A stretch of 60,000 nt of DNA from Callorhinchus milii (lineage: Eukaryota): positions 80,726,001 to 80,786,000 of the forward strand of contig NW_024704742.1 in the NCBI RefSeq assembly GCF_018977255.1, written 5' to 3'. Below the pieces are notes generated by a model. That model worked only from the letters and a program-made list of their open reading frames with translations, was not told where the DNA came from and searched no databases. The first letter of the stretch is position 1; each line of letters starts with the position of its first letter. The position numbers were made by a program, and so were the translations under genes. This document shows positions 12,043 to 24,252 of the stretch, in pieces.

Positions 12043-12442
12043 TTGGGAGGACGTCCCAAGGAGCTGGACAGTTGGGTCAGGACCCAAGCAATGGGGAAAT
12101 GGTCAGGGTGAGGGGAGGGAAGGGAGGGAGCGAGGAGGGGGTAGAGAGTCGAGAGGGGAGCTGAAGGCACGGTCAAAGAGAAAGGTCTTGAGACCGGCCA
12201 TGAAGGAGGAAAGGGAGGAGGCGGCGAAGGCACTGGGGGATAGAGTTCCAGAGCCTAGGGCCTGAGAGGCTGAAGGCCCGGCCACCGATGGTAGGGCGGT
12301 TGGGGCGGGGGATGTGGAGCAGACCGGAGCCAGAGGAACGGAGGGTACGGGCAGGTAGGTAAGGGGATAGTAGGTCGGAGAGGGTAGGAGGGAGCGAGGC
12401 CGTGAATGGCCTTGTAGGTGAGGACGAGGATCTTGAATTCGA
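12043..12442 (-). mobile_element. Inverted 3' segment of L2
   Basis: Reverse complement of the L2 3' region from TCGAATTCAAGATCCTC to TTGGGACGTCCTCCCAA; lacks the (TTG)n tail. Confidence 0.92.
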
Positions 12443-12975
12443 GGTAAAATATGCAAAAAGTTTGAAAATGGGTATAGGGTAAAAGCAGGTTTTAAAGAAG
12501 CTATGGGTAAAATTTGCAGTAGATTTTAAAGATATGAGCCAATTTACAGTGGGCTTACAAAAAGGGGTAAACTATACAGCAGGTTTTAAAGCAGTGAAGG
12601 CAGAATTTGCTCTGTATTTTCACAAGCCATGGAGCAATGTTTGCAGTAGGTATTAAAGCAGTTATATGATAAAAATTTAAAGCAGGTATGAGGTAAGATT
12701 TGTAGCAGGTTTCCAGCCAGCTAAAGTGTACAATTTACGGTGAATTTTATAAAAACTATGGGTCAAAATTTGCTGCATGTATTAAAGCAGCTTTAACATA
12801 AAATGTACCGGAGCTTTGAAAAATGGTATGGGGTAAAATCGCAATAGGTTTTAAAACAGATAAAATTTGCAGCTATATTTAATGCACAAAGGTATACAAT
12901 TTGTAGTGGATTTTATAGAAACTATTAGGCAAGATATGCAGTCGATTTTATAGAATTAATGGGGCAAAATTAGCA
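12443..12975. repeat. Degenerate minisatellite, unit ~35 bp
   Basis: Recurrent units approximating TATGGGGTAAAATTTGCAGTAGGTTTTAAAGCAGC, roughly 15 diverged copies by eye. Confidence 0.75.
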
Positions 12976-12979
12976 GAGC

Positions 12980-14180
12980 CATCAGTGTGCCTTGAGCTAT
13001 CATTGATCATGCCAAGATACTCCACCATGTGAGGGGTATTGATGACCATGAAGTCTGGGATCGAGTCTGAGCGTGGACCTGATGATTGATGATGTCGCCA
13101 AGGACTGTCTTGCTCCTTCAGCTGAGGTTGTAAGGAAACTGAAGCTACAGCCTGTACCCCTTTCAAGGTAAGCACAAAGGCAAGGAGATCTATTAGGTGA
13201 AATCAGACGGCTTTTAAAGCATTTTTGGAATTTTCCTTGGAGCAATCTAAAACTGAAATAAAGGCAATTTATGAACAAGCATGCCAAGAAGTCAGAAAGG
13301 TTATTAGAGAAATGATCTGGGATTAATGGGTTGTGTCACTCCTAAAGGAGGCGCAACTGCACAGGAACAATCCCAAATCTTTTTTCCGTTGGGTGAAGTC
13401 TGCCGTCGGTCAGGGCCTGAGGGGGTCCTCTGGCTTGTGGCCAACGTTGGACAAGTCCAACGATCTACAAAAGGCCCATTAGGGTATCCTTGGTGTCTGG
13501 ATGGAACATTACGCGAAGCTTGCAACAGGCTGTAGCAAAGATCCATCTACATGGAGGATAGAAAAGCTTGTGGGTGGTGTGGAACTGATTGAGGGCCTTA
13601 ATGACCCAATCTGTTAGGAGGAGGTGGACTCCGCACACTGCTAATAGCAAGGCAGCTGGTGTGGACAGCGTTAATGCTGAGTTCCTATAAACTAGTCTGT
13701 GGGCGGGGATGGAGAATTGTGAGGGATGTTGTTCTAGATCCAAGCCAGGAGCCTCCAACTCTCCTCGGAGCTGCCCTCCTAACGCTAGTCAGCAAGACTC
13801 TTTCTGGCACGACTCTGTTAATGTTCCAAAGTGCAATTGTGGTGTCTATTCACAAGAAGGGTAACACTAGTGAGACTGAGAAATACAGAGGGTCTCACTG
13901 ATTTCAGTGGCATGTAAAGTTGTGCTTTGAGTAGTCATTGCAAATTTATCGCACACTTTGGAGGCTCGTTGTTTCATGAGAATGTAGGAAGCTGGGTTCT
14001 TCTTGTGAGAAATGTGTGGTATAGGTTGTAGCTCTGTATAAGATCGCAAAACGTCATATGGCTAAAGGAAACCCACCTACATTGTATTCAGCATCTTCTG
14101 CAAGGCTTTTGACCTAATCCTTCATGAAGTTCTCATGGTGAAACTGGAAACCTTGGGAGTAAAGAGATAAACATGCAGGG
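12980..14180 (+). mobile_element. Decayed non-LTR retrotransposon ORF2 fragment (linker plus N-terminal RT domains), neither L2 nor CR1
   Basis: Hand translation: NNPKSFFRWVK...ILGVWMEHYAKLA...LNDPIC*EEV; NSKAAGVDSVNAEFL; AIVVSIHKKGNTSETEKYRG/SLISVACKV; EAGF; VVALYKIAKR; TYIVFSIFCKAFDLILHEVLMVKLETLGV. Confidence 0.8.
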
Positions 14181-14968
14181 ACTACCCAAAGCACCAGTAG
14201 TAGTTGGCTGGTGGACTTGGAGCAATCTGATGTTTCACCAGGAGTGACCAGGAGTAGGATTGGGCCTGTACAGGAACCATTTGTTTACAGGTTTTGTTGT
14301 GTTCATTGTGTTTGTCTGGACAGATTATTGCCTTTATATTAGGAAATTCGGTAATACTGTCCTTTGTTTTACCACCAGGAGCATTCAGCTGGTGTGCTAT
14401 GAGTTGGATATTACAGGCCAGGATCAGGTTTCCTTTGCTGTTTAAGACTGGGAGAACACTTTGTTTTCCAGGCAGGAGAGGCACGTTTTAAAATAAGACC
14501 TTTCATGCTTTTGGCAGTAAACTCCAATACTCCTTTATTGTTAGCAGAGGATATGATAAAGGTTCTTTCGGAATAGGATTGCAGGCAGCCCTTCAAAACT
14601 GACATCAGGAAATTCCCAGAAGGCTTTGGACTGGATCTTGCTGTCAATGCCAATTTAATTTCCATTCTAATTCTTTCACCACCAGTTCCCCTGTCACTGA
14701 GGTCTCACAGCGGAACAGAATGAAAAATGTCAGGCTCTTCTATGCAGGATTCACATGATAACTCTGAACAGTGTTTGTGATGGACAAAAAGGTTTGGGTT
14801 TGACACATGCCTTTAGGGGCATTTACTAGAACCAGATTAGTTTATGTTCAGTTCATGTTGCTTGTTTTCCTTGAATTAGCAAGAGATATTTTTCATGTTG
14901 TCTATGGTGAATAATTGCTTTAAAATCAACGACTGTTGGTCTTTCTGTGTCTGGGGCATTGTGATTTT

Positions 14969-15385
14969 ACAACAACAACAGCAAAATTACATTTATAGAT
15001 CGCCTTTCACGTCAGGAGGATGTCCCAGTCAGGGGTCAGGATCCGAGCATGGGGGAGGGGTGGGGGAGGGGTGAGGGAGAGGGGTGGGAGGATGACTGAA
15101 GGCACGATCGAAGAGGAAGGTCTTGAGACCGGCCTTGAAGGAGGCAAGGGAGGAAGCGAGGTGAAGGGACTGTGGGATGGAGTTCCAGCATGTGGGGGCA
15201 GAGAGGCTAAAAGCCCGGCCACTGATGGTAGGGCAGGTCGGGCAGAAGACATGGAGCAGACCGGAGCCCGCTGAACAGAGGGAGCGGGCAGGTTGGTAGA
15301 GAGTCAGCAGGTCAGAGAGGTAGAAGGGGGCAAGGCCATGAATGGCCTTGAAAGTGAGGACGAGGATCTTGAATTTGATCCTCTT
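14969..15385 (-). mobile_element. L2 3' fragment
   Basis: (CAA)n tail; RIKFKILVLTFKAIHGLAPFYLSDLL in ORF 15029-15424. Confidence 0.9.
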
Positions 15386-15658
15386 ACAATTAATCCAGTT
15401 ACAACAGTAACTGGAGGACAACAATTTAAGATATCAAATGAGCAAATGGGGAGGTCAGGAGAATTTTTTTTGGATACATAAATTTCTATGGTTCTAACAG
15501 CTATATTAATCAAATTAATTATTGCATTTGAGTTTTTGGTGTTGGTTGAAGGCAAATTAATGGTTCAGTGGGATTGTTTTTAAAAACAATCTGCTGAATG
15601 TTTGTGGAATGTAGCCTGCTATTTTTGCAAAGTAGTGCCGATAGTAGAGAATGTAACA

Positions 15659-15846
15659 CAGTGGTGGCCAACCTGTAGCCTGCGGGGCGGAAGTGGACCG
15701 TGGCACGGCTGTCAAGAATCAAACCCCTGAATTTTCACACAAATCTGTTTACATTGACATTTTTTTCTTGATTTATGCCATAAGTCAAGAAATATTCAAT
15801 CAAAAAAATTTTTTTGTTGGTCTACCATAATGGTTGGCCACCACTG
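15659..15846. mobile_element. hAT-type MITE (188 bp)
   Basis: Perfect 15-bp TIRs CAGTGGTGGCCAACC / GGTTGGCCACCACTG; 8-bp flanks ATGTAACA / ATGTGATA (6/8 match), consistent with an aged hAT TSD. Confidence 0.85.
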
Positions 15847-16659
15847 ATGTGATAGGACAAAGATTATTCAAAATGTTTGTGGCTGTCCACTAGGTGCATT
15901 GTTTTTGACTAAAATGGGTATGTTAGATGTGGAAACTTGAGAAAGTGGAGTTGGACAGTGTTATTTGGTGAAATGTGATAAAAGGATGCTATGGGAATGT
16001 GGATTCAGGCAAAGTTGTCTGCAAGAATATGATAAAAAAAATGCTTCTGCTGGACACAGGATAAACAGCTGCTAATAATGGAGTAACCAACTGGGATACA
16101 AAAGCAATGCAAAATGCACATCACCCACTCTTTCTTTCTGAGGTTCAAGCAAGAAGAGAAGCCATCTTCAAACTCTGCGGACTTTACAAACTTTACAAGA
16201 GGAGAAGCAATCTACAAATATTATAAAGTATAAATTCTATGGATTTTACAAACTCTCAAAATTACTAAATTCAACAACCATTAACAACACTTTCAAGCCA
16301 AGAGAATCCTTGTCCATTGCCTTCAAAATTTTATATTGTTTCCATGGTGATGTATTCTCAGTTAGCCAAATATTGCTTATTGCATCAATGTGGAAATGTC
16401 TATATGGCTGACTCAGTAAGCATGATACTGCCTATGATTCACAATGAGTCTCTGATTCAGTAATAAATACGTTGTTAAGCATAAAAGGTGGTTTTGGTTC
16501 TTCTGTTCTCAGATTTCCTGCTTCATGTATTGGTACAGCATTGGCACAGCAGTATAAGCTACTTCTATTCTGACCACATATAATGACAAGCACAGCAGAG
16601 TGGTTAGTTCAATTCTGTCTGTTCTTTTATTTCTAACAGGGCAATGGGAGAGACAATAT

Positions 16660-17000
16660 AATAATAATAATCCTTGCATTTATCACATCCCTGAGACATT
16701 TCAAAGCGCTTCACAGAATATATTGTAAAGTGGATTGACTGTATTTTGTTGGCAAAATGTGGCAGTCAATTGCACAGAGCAATGTCCCACAAACTGTCGT
16801 GCATTGAGAGACCAAATTGAGGGATTATTATCTCTGGAAAGTAATCTGCCAATGGACTAACAACCAGGTTCCTACTTACTGCAAGGTAAACAGAGTCATG
16901 TAGAGTAAGGAAATTTGCTTAAGATTTTGCCCTGTCTGGAAGTCGAACCCGGGTTTTCTAACTTGCGAGGCAAGCTCGTCAACCACTATGCTTTGGGACG
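16660..17000 (-). mobile_element. tRNA-derived SINE, long subtype
   Basis: Same head and tail as the short SINE plus a ~60-bp extra block (AACAACCAGGTTCCTACTTACTGCAAGGTAAACAGAG). Confidence 0.85.
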
Positions 17001-17608
17001 TCACTAAACCGATAAACCAACAAACAGTTCTCCAATAAATAGGACAAGCGAATGAAAAACCTTGAGAATAGGAGCAGAGATCTGAAGAAGTTCAGAGATT
17101 TGGAAAAACCAAGTGTGTTTGAGCATAGTTATATGACATGAGAAACATTTTAATCTTTTTACTTCTCTTTGATGTCCCTAAATAGCATCAGTGAAAATCA
17201 ATTGTGCTTTCCATTCTTATTATTTCTAAATTCTCTGAAGCCAAATTCAAGTTCAGAACCCAAATGAAAACTCATTTTTGCTTCCCATTACAAATACTGA
17301 GGTCAAATTTTCAGCCTTTGTAATATTTATAACCTGAATAAGTGGCTATGTACTCATAGAGCAAAACTGCCTTTAACTTGGCATTAAATTGACAATTTAA
17401 ATTGGAGGCTACATCAAGGTTGTGCTTCAAAATGGAAAGTGTCCCACTTATGTAGCAGAGTTCACACTTATGAGATTCAGGTTGAGGTGTGTTGAATAAT
17501 GGAATGTATATCCTACCATTGCATCAAAACATGTTAGAACTGATTTGAGATTCTGCTCCTGGTCCCAAAATAGGAAAGACTGTTCAGAAATGAGACAACT
17601 ATTCTCAG

Positions 17609-18400
17609 CATAGAATCATAGAATCTTACAGCACAAAAAGAGGCCATTCGGCCCATTGAGTTTGTGCCGGCTCTTTGAATAGAGCAATTAATGTCAATCC
17701 CACTCCCCAGCCCTTTCCCCATAATCCTGCAGACTCGTCCTCCTCAAATACCCGTCCACCGCATTTTTAAAAGTTGTTATCAAATCGACCTCGACCACCC
17801 TATCAGGCAATGGGTTCCAGATTCGAAAACTTGCTGCGTGAAAACATTTCTTCTCGCCTCCCCTCTGCTTCTTTTAGAGACTATTTTAAATTTGTGACCT
17901 CGAGTCACCGACACACCCACCAATGGAAACAGTTTTTCCCTTTCTAACCTATCAAATCCCCTCATGATTTTGAAGACCCTTATTAGGTCTCCTCATAACC
18001 TTCTCTGCTCTAGTGAAAATAATCCCCACCTCTCTAGCCCTTCCTCATAATCAAGGTCCCTCATTCCTGGTACCATCCTCGTAAATCTCCTCTGCACCCT
18101 TTCCAATGCCTTAACATCCTTCCTATAGTGTGGTGCCCAGAACTGGGCGCAATATTTAACTGAGGCCTAACCAGTGTTTTATATAGGTTAATCATAACCT
18201 CCTGACTCTTGTACTCTATGCCACTATTTATAAACCCTAGTATCCCATATGCTCTTTTCACAGCTTTATCTACCTGTCCGGCCACTTTCAAGGAATAAAT
18301 TACCTGAACCTCCAGGTCTCTGTTCTTTCAACCCCCCTTAAGGATTGTATTACCTAGCCCATATTGCCTCCCCTTATTCTTTCTACCAAAATCTATTCTG
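17609..18400 (-). mobile_element. CR1 LINE 3' portion
   Basis: CATAGAATCATAGAATC tail; ORFs with AYGILGFINSGIEYKSQEVMINLYKTLVRPQL and EKLFPLVGVSVTRGHKFKI. Confidence 0.93.
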
Positions 18401-19055
18401 TGATAATCATTTTGAGACAACTGGCCTGAAACAGAAATGTTCATCCTATTTTTGATGGGTGATGCAGTGTTAAATCTATTTACTGTAGTTTCTTTCAGTG
18501 ATGGGATTGTGGCTGTCATCTTTACAGGAGTGAGTCTGTGAACTGAAACTGCAATATGCCAATTAGCTCACTTAGTGCACCTTAGGGCATGAAAGAGATT
18601 TAAACTTATCAGGGTCATCTCCATCTGCTGACCTCCCCTGTGCCCTATTCATTTTCCAGACACGACACTGGAGTTATCCCTCAGATCAACATTGACAGGT
18701 TCCTGCAACTATTCCCTTGCACTGTGTCAGATCCTAATTGTGCAACTGTTATTCATTCTGCCTATCAAGATCAGATGTTAATGACTCAAATCAATTCTGC
18801 ATTGTCGTGTTCATATAATCACTTATTTTTTGTGGTGTTCACAAAGTCCTGTTTCCCTCATGTTTGTTTTCTACAATGCACTGACCAACAACTGAAACAT
18901 GTGGAAGAATGATGATAATTATATATAGAATTACTTGAAATACAAGTGTATGCAATACAAGTGTTTAACTATATTTAGATATCTAGAGGATTGGTGTGTG
19001 TCAGTGCCATCATTTTCATGGCAGATTAAGATCTGTCGCAATGTTCGGTGCAAAA

Positions 19056-19308
19056 ATAATAATAATAATAATCCTTGCATTTGATATCGTGCTTTTCACG
19101 TCTTTTATACTTCTCAAAGCACTTCACAGAATATAGTGCAAAGTGAATTGACTGTACATTTGTGGGCGAAATGCAGAAGCCAAATTGCGCACAGCAGTGT
19201 CCCACAACCGTCGTGGATTGAAGTGACCAATTTATTATTACTTTTTTCTTGAGGGATTATTATTAGGCATGTGGAGTAAGGAAACTTGCCCAAGGTTTCG
19301 CCCTGCCA
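19056..19308 (-). mobile_element. tRNA-SINE family copy lacking most of the head
   Basis: (TAA)n tail through GGAAACTTGCCCAAGGTTTCGCCCTGCC. Confidence 0.88.
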
Positions 19309-20764
19309 TAACATCTTCCGTAACATGGATGGAATGACAAGGAAGTTGTTCGAATCAGATACTATTACACTTGACTCATATGCAACGGAAAATAAAAAAT
19401 AATAGCCAAACAAAACAGTAGGTAACAGGGCTTTATGAACACTCTGCACAATACTGCACTTCTGCAGCGTAGCTATGACAAACCTGATGGAGAACTAATT
19501 GTTTTATAATGTTAAAAAGGAAAAGTAATATTCAGCATTTCTAAAACAAACTCCCGCATCATTGTTGCTGTGCAATGGTGCTTTGGAAGAGATACTATAT
19601 TTTTCATTCTTAAGATGTTTGTATACATATAAAATTGATTATTTCAATGCCTCAGCACAAAGCTTCAACTAGACTGCGAAGATCAATTAGCAAGATAAAG
19701 TTACAAAAAATGTTTAAAAAAGCAATCATTCCATGTTAAGATATTAAGATGTCTGTTGCAATGAATGCATTTACTTATCAAAGCAAGAGGTGTCAGTGTC
19801 AGGGAATGCAGAACCTGACTACTTCTCAGATCCTGTGTCTGTGGGTTAGACTCCACAGACACAGTTTATGTGAACATTTGGGGAAATTAGATAAACGGAA
19901 CAAAACTTGCCCAAAGTGAAAACATGTGGGAGATCTGGCAGGTTATCCGTGTTGGAACATTGATTTGGCCATGAGTATTTCTCAGCCATGAGCTACAGTT
20001 TACAATTGCACACGGCCTTGAGAACCCAATGCACATGGAGGAGTAAACGACCAGTTTATTCTCCTACTGATAAGTCATCCCCTAACAAAAAAATTAAATT
20101 GATGACATGTGCAGGTTATATTTGCTAAACGACAACAACAGGTGATAGCTTGCATTTTACATAGCTCCATGACGTGCAGTTGCATCTCAGAACATTTAAG
20201 TAAATGCATAGTTTAATGGCAAGAAGAGTAGATATTTAGGGAACACCTTCCATGCCAAGCTGTGAAAGACTTCTCTGCTTCCCACTTTGCTGGCCAGCTC
20301 TTGCAAGCTGTGTGCCTTTCCCATAATATGTGAGTGTTACTGAGCGCATAAAAAATATATTTCTGACTCCTTCAAATTCTTGATTCCCTGGATTTCAACT
20401 TCAGAGAGAGGGAGCTTCAGAGTACAGAAACAAATGATCTTCAAATGTGGCGTTCATGTATATATATATATAACATAATTGTAAGTAGGATTTATTTATA
20501 GTGTCATTAAATATTAAAAAAAGGAGGTAATGTTAAATTTATGCAAGACATTGCTAAGACTCAGATGGCGTAGGGCATTCTAGTGTCTGATACCCCTTGT
20601 AGAAAATGAGAAGGTTTAAAGTGTATCTAATAGGCATTCTGAAAGCCTGCCGAAGAGTATGAAAAGATTATTCTAGCTGGTTGGTAAATCGGTAACAAGG
20701 AGGCATCAACTCAGGATTGTGCTGAAAGTGTAAAGAAAGAAGTTTTTTCTAAGCTGTTCTCATG

Positions 20765-22155
20765 TTCGTTTCCTTCCTTGCTAAAGTCCTAGAACCCATT
20801 GTTGCAAATCAACTTTGGTCACACCTCTCCCTCCACTCCCTCCTCGAGCCCCTGCAGTCTGTTTTTCGCGCTACGCAGAGCACAGCGACAGTACTTATCA
20901 AAGTCACAAACAAAGTCCTCTCTATCTGTGACCAGGGCTCTCTCTGCCTCCTCATCCTCCTGGTTTTCTTTGCAATGATCGACACAGTTGATCATGTCAT
21001 CCTCCTTCACTACCTCTCCTCTCTCATCCACTTTATGGTTCGAGTCCTACTTAACCAACCGCCTCCACTTCATCTCGGCAAATGGTTTCTCCTCCCGCCC
21101 TTGTCCGGTCATGTGCGGGATATTCCAGGGCTCCATCCTTGGCCCTCTTCGTTTCCTCATCTATATGCTCCCTCTTCGTGATTTCATTCGCAGACACGAG
21201 GTAAACTTCTACAATTATGCGGATGACACACAAATCTACTTTGCCTCCTCCAGCATTGACTCCAGGTCCGCCAATGTTCTATCAGCTTGTCTGGCAGACA
21301 TCAATGCCTGGATAAGTGCAAATTTCCTGCAGCTGAATATGGACAAGATGGAACCCATACTCTTTGGCTCCCATCAATGTCTTCACTCCTGCGGATCTAA
21401 ACTCCTCAACCTCCCTGGGCTCTCCCTCAGACTCACCGAACCAGTGCGCAATCTATGCGTCCTGTTCAAACCCCAGCTGTTCTTCCTCCCCAACATCCAG
21501 TCCCTGACCAGGACTGCCTTACTCCACCTCCGCCACATTGCTCTCCTTTGATCGTACGTTGCCCCAAATGCAGCCAAAACCCTCGTGCATGCGTTTGTCA
21601 CCTCCCACCCAGATTACACAAACCCAATCCTTGCCGGTCTCCCCAGCTCCACTGTTGAAAAAATCCAGCTCACTCAGAACTCGGCCGTCCGCATACTGAC
21701 CCGGACCAAACTCCGTACGCACATCTCGCCAGTTCTGGCCAGGCTCCACTGGTTTCCCATCACCGAACAGATCGACTTCAAGATCCTCACACTCGTGTTC
21801 AACTCCATTCACTCCCTGGCACCTCCCTACCTCTCCAATCTCCTCACTCCATTCAATTGGCACCGTCCTCGTGCCCGTCCCTCGCACCTTCTGCCCCACC
21901 AAGGGAGGTTGCACTTTCATCCACTACACCCCGAAGCTGTGGAACACTCTTCCTCAAGCCCTCCACCTTGCCCCTCTCTCCCCTTTTTCTAGTCACACCT
22001 GAAAACCTTCCTATTCAACTGTGCTTACGGTCACTTCCCCCTCACCCTCAACTGAACCAGGCCGACAACACCATGTTTAGATTCAAATGTTTTCACGTTA
22101 TCAACACTGTTTTGGGCTCCCAGTCGCTGTGTGGATCATCCTCCTGATGTGAAAA
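20765..22155 (+). mobile_element. Older L2 LINE (RT to 3' end)
   Basis: FLAKVLEPIV, QGSILGP, YADDTQIY, HISPVLARLHWFPI. Confidence 0.92.
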
Positions 22156-22501
22156 TGTAATGTGTTGTCATTTCTAAGTCTAATACAATAAAATGTAACA
22201 ATATGTTCATGATAAAACTTTGAATAAATGCAACTTCAGATTATATAAATATATCGAATCCAAAACTTCAATGTTGTACTCTTTCTGCAGTCTCACCAAA
22301 TGTCTTGTATTTATTTAGCATCACCTCCTTGCTTTTATATTCAATGCAACTGTAAATAAATCCTGCTTGCAATTATGTTTTTTTCATATCTGAACACCTC
22401 AATTGCTTCTGCACTCCAAACTCCCTCTCTCTGGGGTCAAAATTCAGGGAAACAATCATTGAAAGGGTTTGTTAGTGTTGCATAGGCTTAATAAACTTGG
22501 G

Positions 22502-22723
22502 CAACAACAACAAGATTCCATTTATAGAGCGCCTTTCACGTCAGGAGGACGTCCCAAGGCGCTGCACAGTTGGGTCATGACCCGAGCAGGGGGAAATGGT
22601 CAGGGTGAGGGAGGGAAGGGAGGGAGAGAGGAGGGGGGAAATGGTCAGGGTGAGGGGAGGGAAGGGAGGGAGCGAGGAGGAGGAAGAGAGTCGAGAGGGG
22701 AGCTGAAGGCACGGTCAAAGAGA
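22502..22723 (-). mobile_element. L2 3' end with a ~45-bp internal tandem duplication
   Basis: (CAA)n-GATTCCATTTATAGAGCGCC; GGGGAAATGGTCAGGGTGAGGG occurs twice. Confidence 0.88.
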
Positions 22724-23301
22724 AGAGGCAGCCAGTAACAGAGAACAATAAACTGGAGGTGAGATTTTTTATAATTCATAATTGTACAAATAACAACGTC
22801 ATGAACTGTGATTTACAAATAACAATTTATTGTCAAGTGAGTACAATAAAGTCAGATGACATGAAAAAAAAATCAAAAATGTTTCCAGTGATATATTATT
22901 CAAATGTGTTTTAAAGATATGCTAAATCTGGTGAGAAGCCTTACATTTTTAAGAAACGTTGTCCTTGTATCTGGGGACCTTGTAAAGATTTGTCCTTTTT
23001 ATAGTTAAAAGATGAACTTTTCCAGTTGAAAGTATGAGTTTGAGAATGTTAGAAATATCCCAGGAGCTTTTGCATTGATCACAGAGGTTCATTATGAGCT
23101 ATCCGTAATCCCAACTGATACGTTGCCATTTGTGCTGAGTCGTAAGAAATATAAAGTTCTCTGTTCTCTGTGGGGTTGTAATATTACAATGAATCTTCAA
23201 AATGGACCTTAACGTTTGGATGACACATTTGTGCTCACTAATGTGAAGGCATGTCTGTGTTAGTGAACTGAATATTTTTCAATTAATTACACACAGAACT
23301 T

Positions 23302-23753
23302 ACATCAAGTTCTCCTAGGTTAGGTATACCAGTTCAAATGCAGGATAGAAAAAAGCCTCTGCTTTGCTCCAACAATGTCCCTTAGCCTCATCCCGAGAAG
23401 GTTATCTCTTTCCTTCTCATTAGGAAATTTCAGCTTCTCACAATACCCATTCCTGACACCTTTCTGGTTGAAATTTCCAAAGAATTGCCAATTAATGCAA
23501 AATTGCAAGCAGTTTTGTGCTGTGGACTGATGCCCAAAAGCAACTGTCCATTGGTCAACTATCCAAATGCATTGTCATCTGACACAGAGGAGCGTTTCCT
23601 CCTATTACCAAGAATTTGATTCACTACAAGGCTCCCTCTATGTCTAAAACTACAATGCAATGAACATCAAGTTCTCCTAGGTTAGGTATACCAGTTCAAA
23701 TGCAGGATAGAAAAAAGCCTCTGCTTTGCTCCAATAATGTCCCTTAGCCTCAT
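23302..23753. repeat. 90-bp direct repeats (23302-23391, 23664-23753) around a 272-bp spacer
   Basis: ACATCAAGTTCTCCTAGG...CCCTTAGCCTCAT occurs twice with one visible mismatch. Confidence 0.92.
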
Positions 23754-24252
23754 TCATTAGTCAGTATCAAAATTGCACCTTTGCTATCAATATTTTCAGT
23801 ATAAAAGATCACAACGCCATCAAAATGTCCTGATTTGAAAAACACTAATATATGTGTAAATTATAATACAGATAATCCAGACAAAAGATAACAAGGAGGC
23901 AGGAATGAAAAAGGTTTTTGAGTTTGTCAACCCAACCCAACTATTTTTATTCTCATCCCTCTCCTGCTTTGAAACTCCACTCCCTTTCGAATCTGAAACC
24001 TGCTCATTTGGTTGTTTTTTGCCTAGTTAGACTGATTATCTGACACACGTAGAATCCCATCACATGCTAAAGAGTAAGCATGACAATTCTCCTTTGTGTA
24101 GCACAGAGTACTCATTCTGTGCTCCAGAGGGATGAACCCTATTTATTCCCAGAACGTATTAGGCACAGATTTGCAAGAGCCAAGGCTTGACAACTGCAGT
24201 GTCTGTTGGGGGCACTCCTGGAGCAACTAAAATCTCATAGTTTGTCAATGAG

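Noticed and set aside
12043..12442. Classic twin-priming inversion
   Set aside because: The element's 3' end is at the inner junction and the tail is missing.
12443..12975. CRISPR array next to an RT gene
   Set aside because: The units are contiguous and degenerate with no unique spacers, there are no cas genes, and the context is vertebrate.
23302..23753. TRIM or mini-LTR element
   Set aside because: No TG...CA termini, PBS, PPT or flanking TSD were seen.
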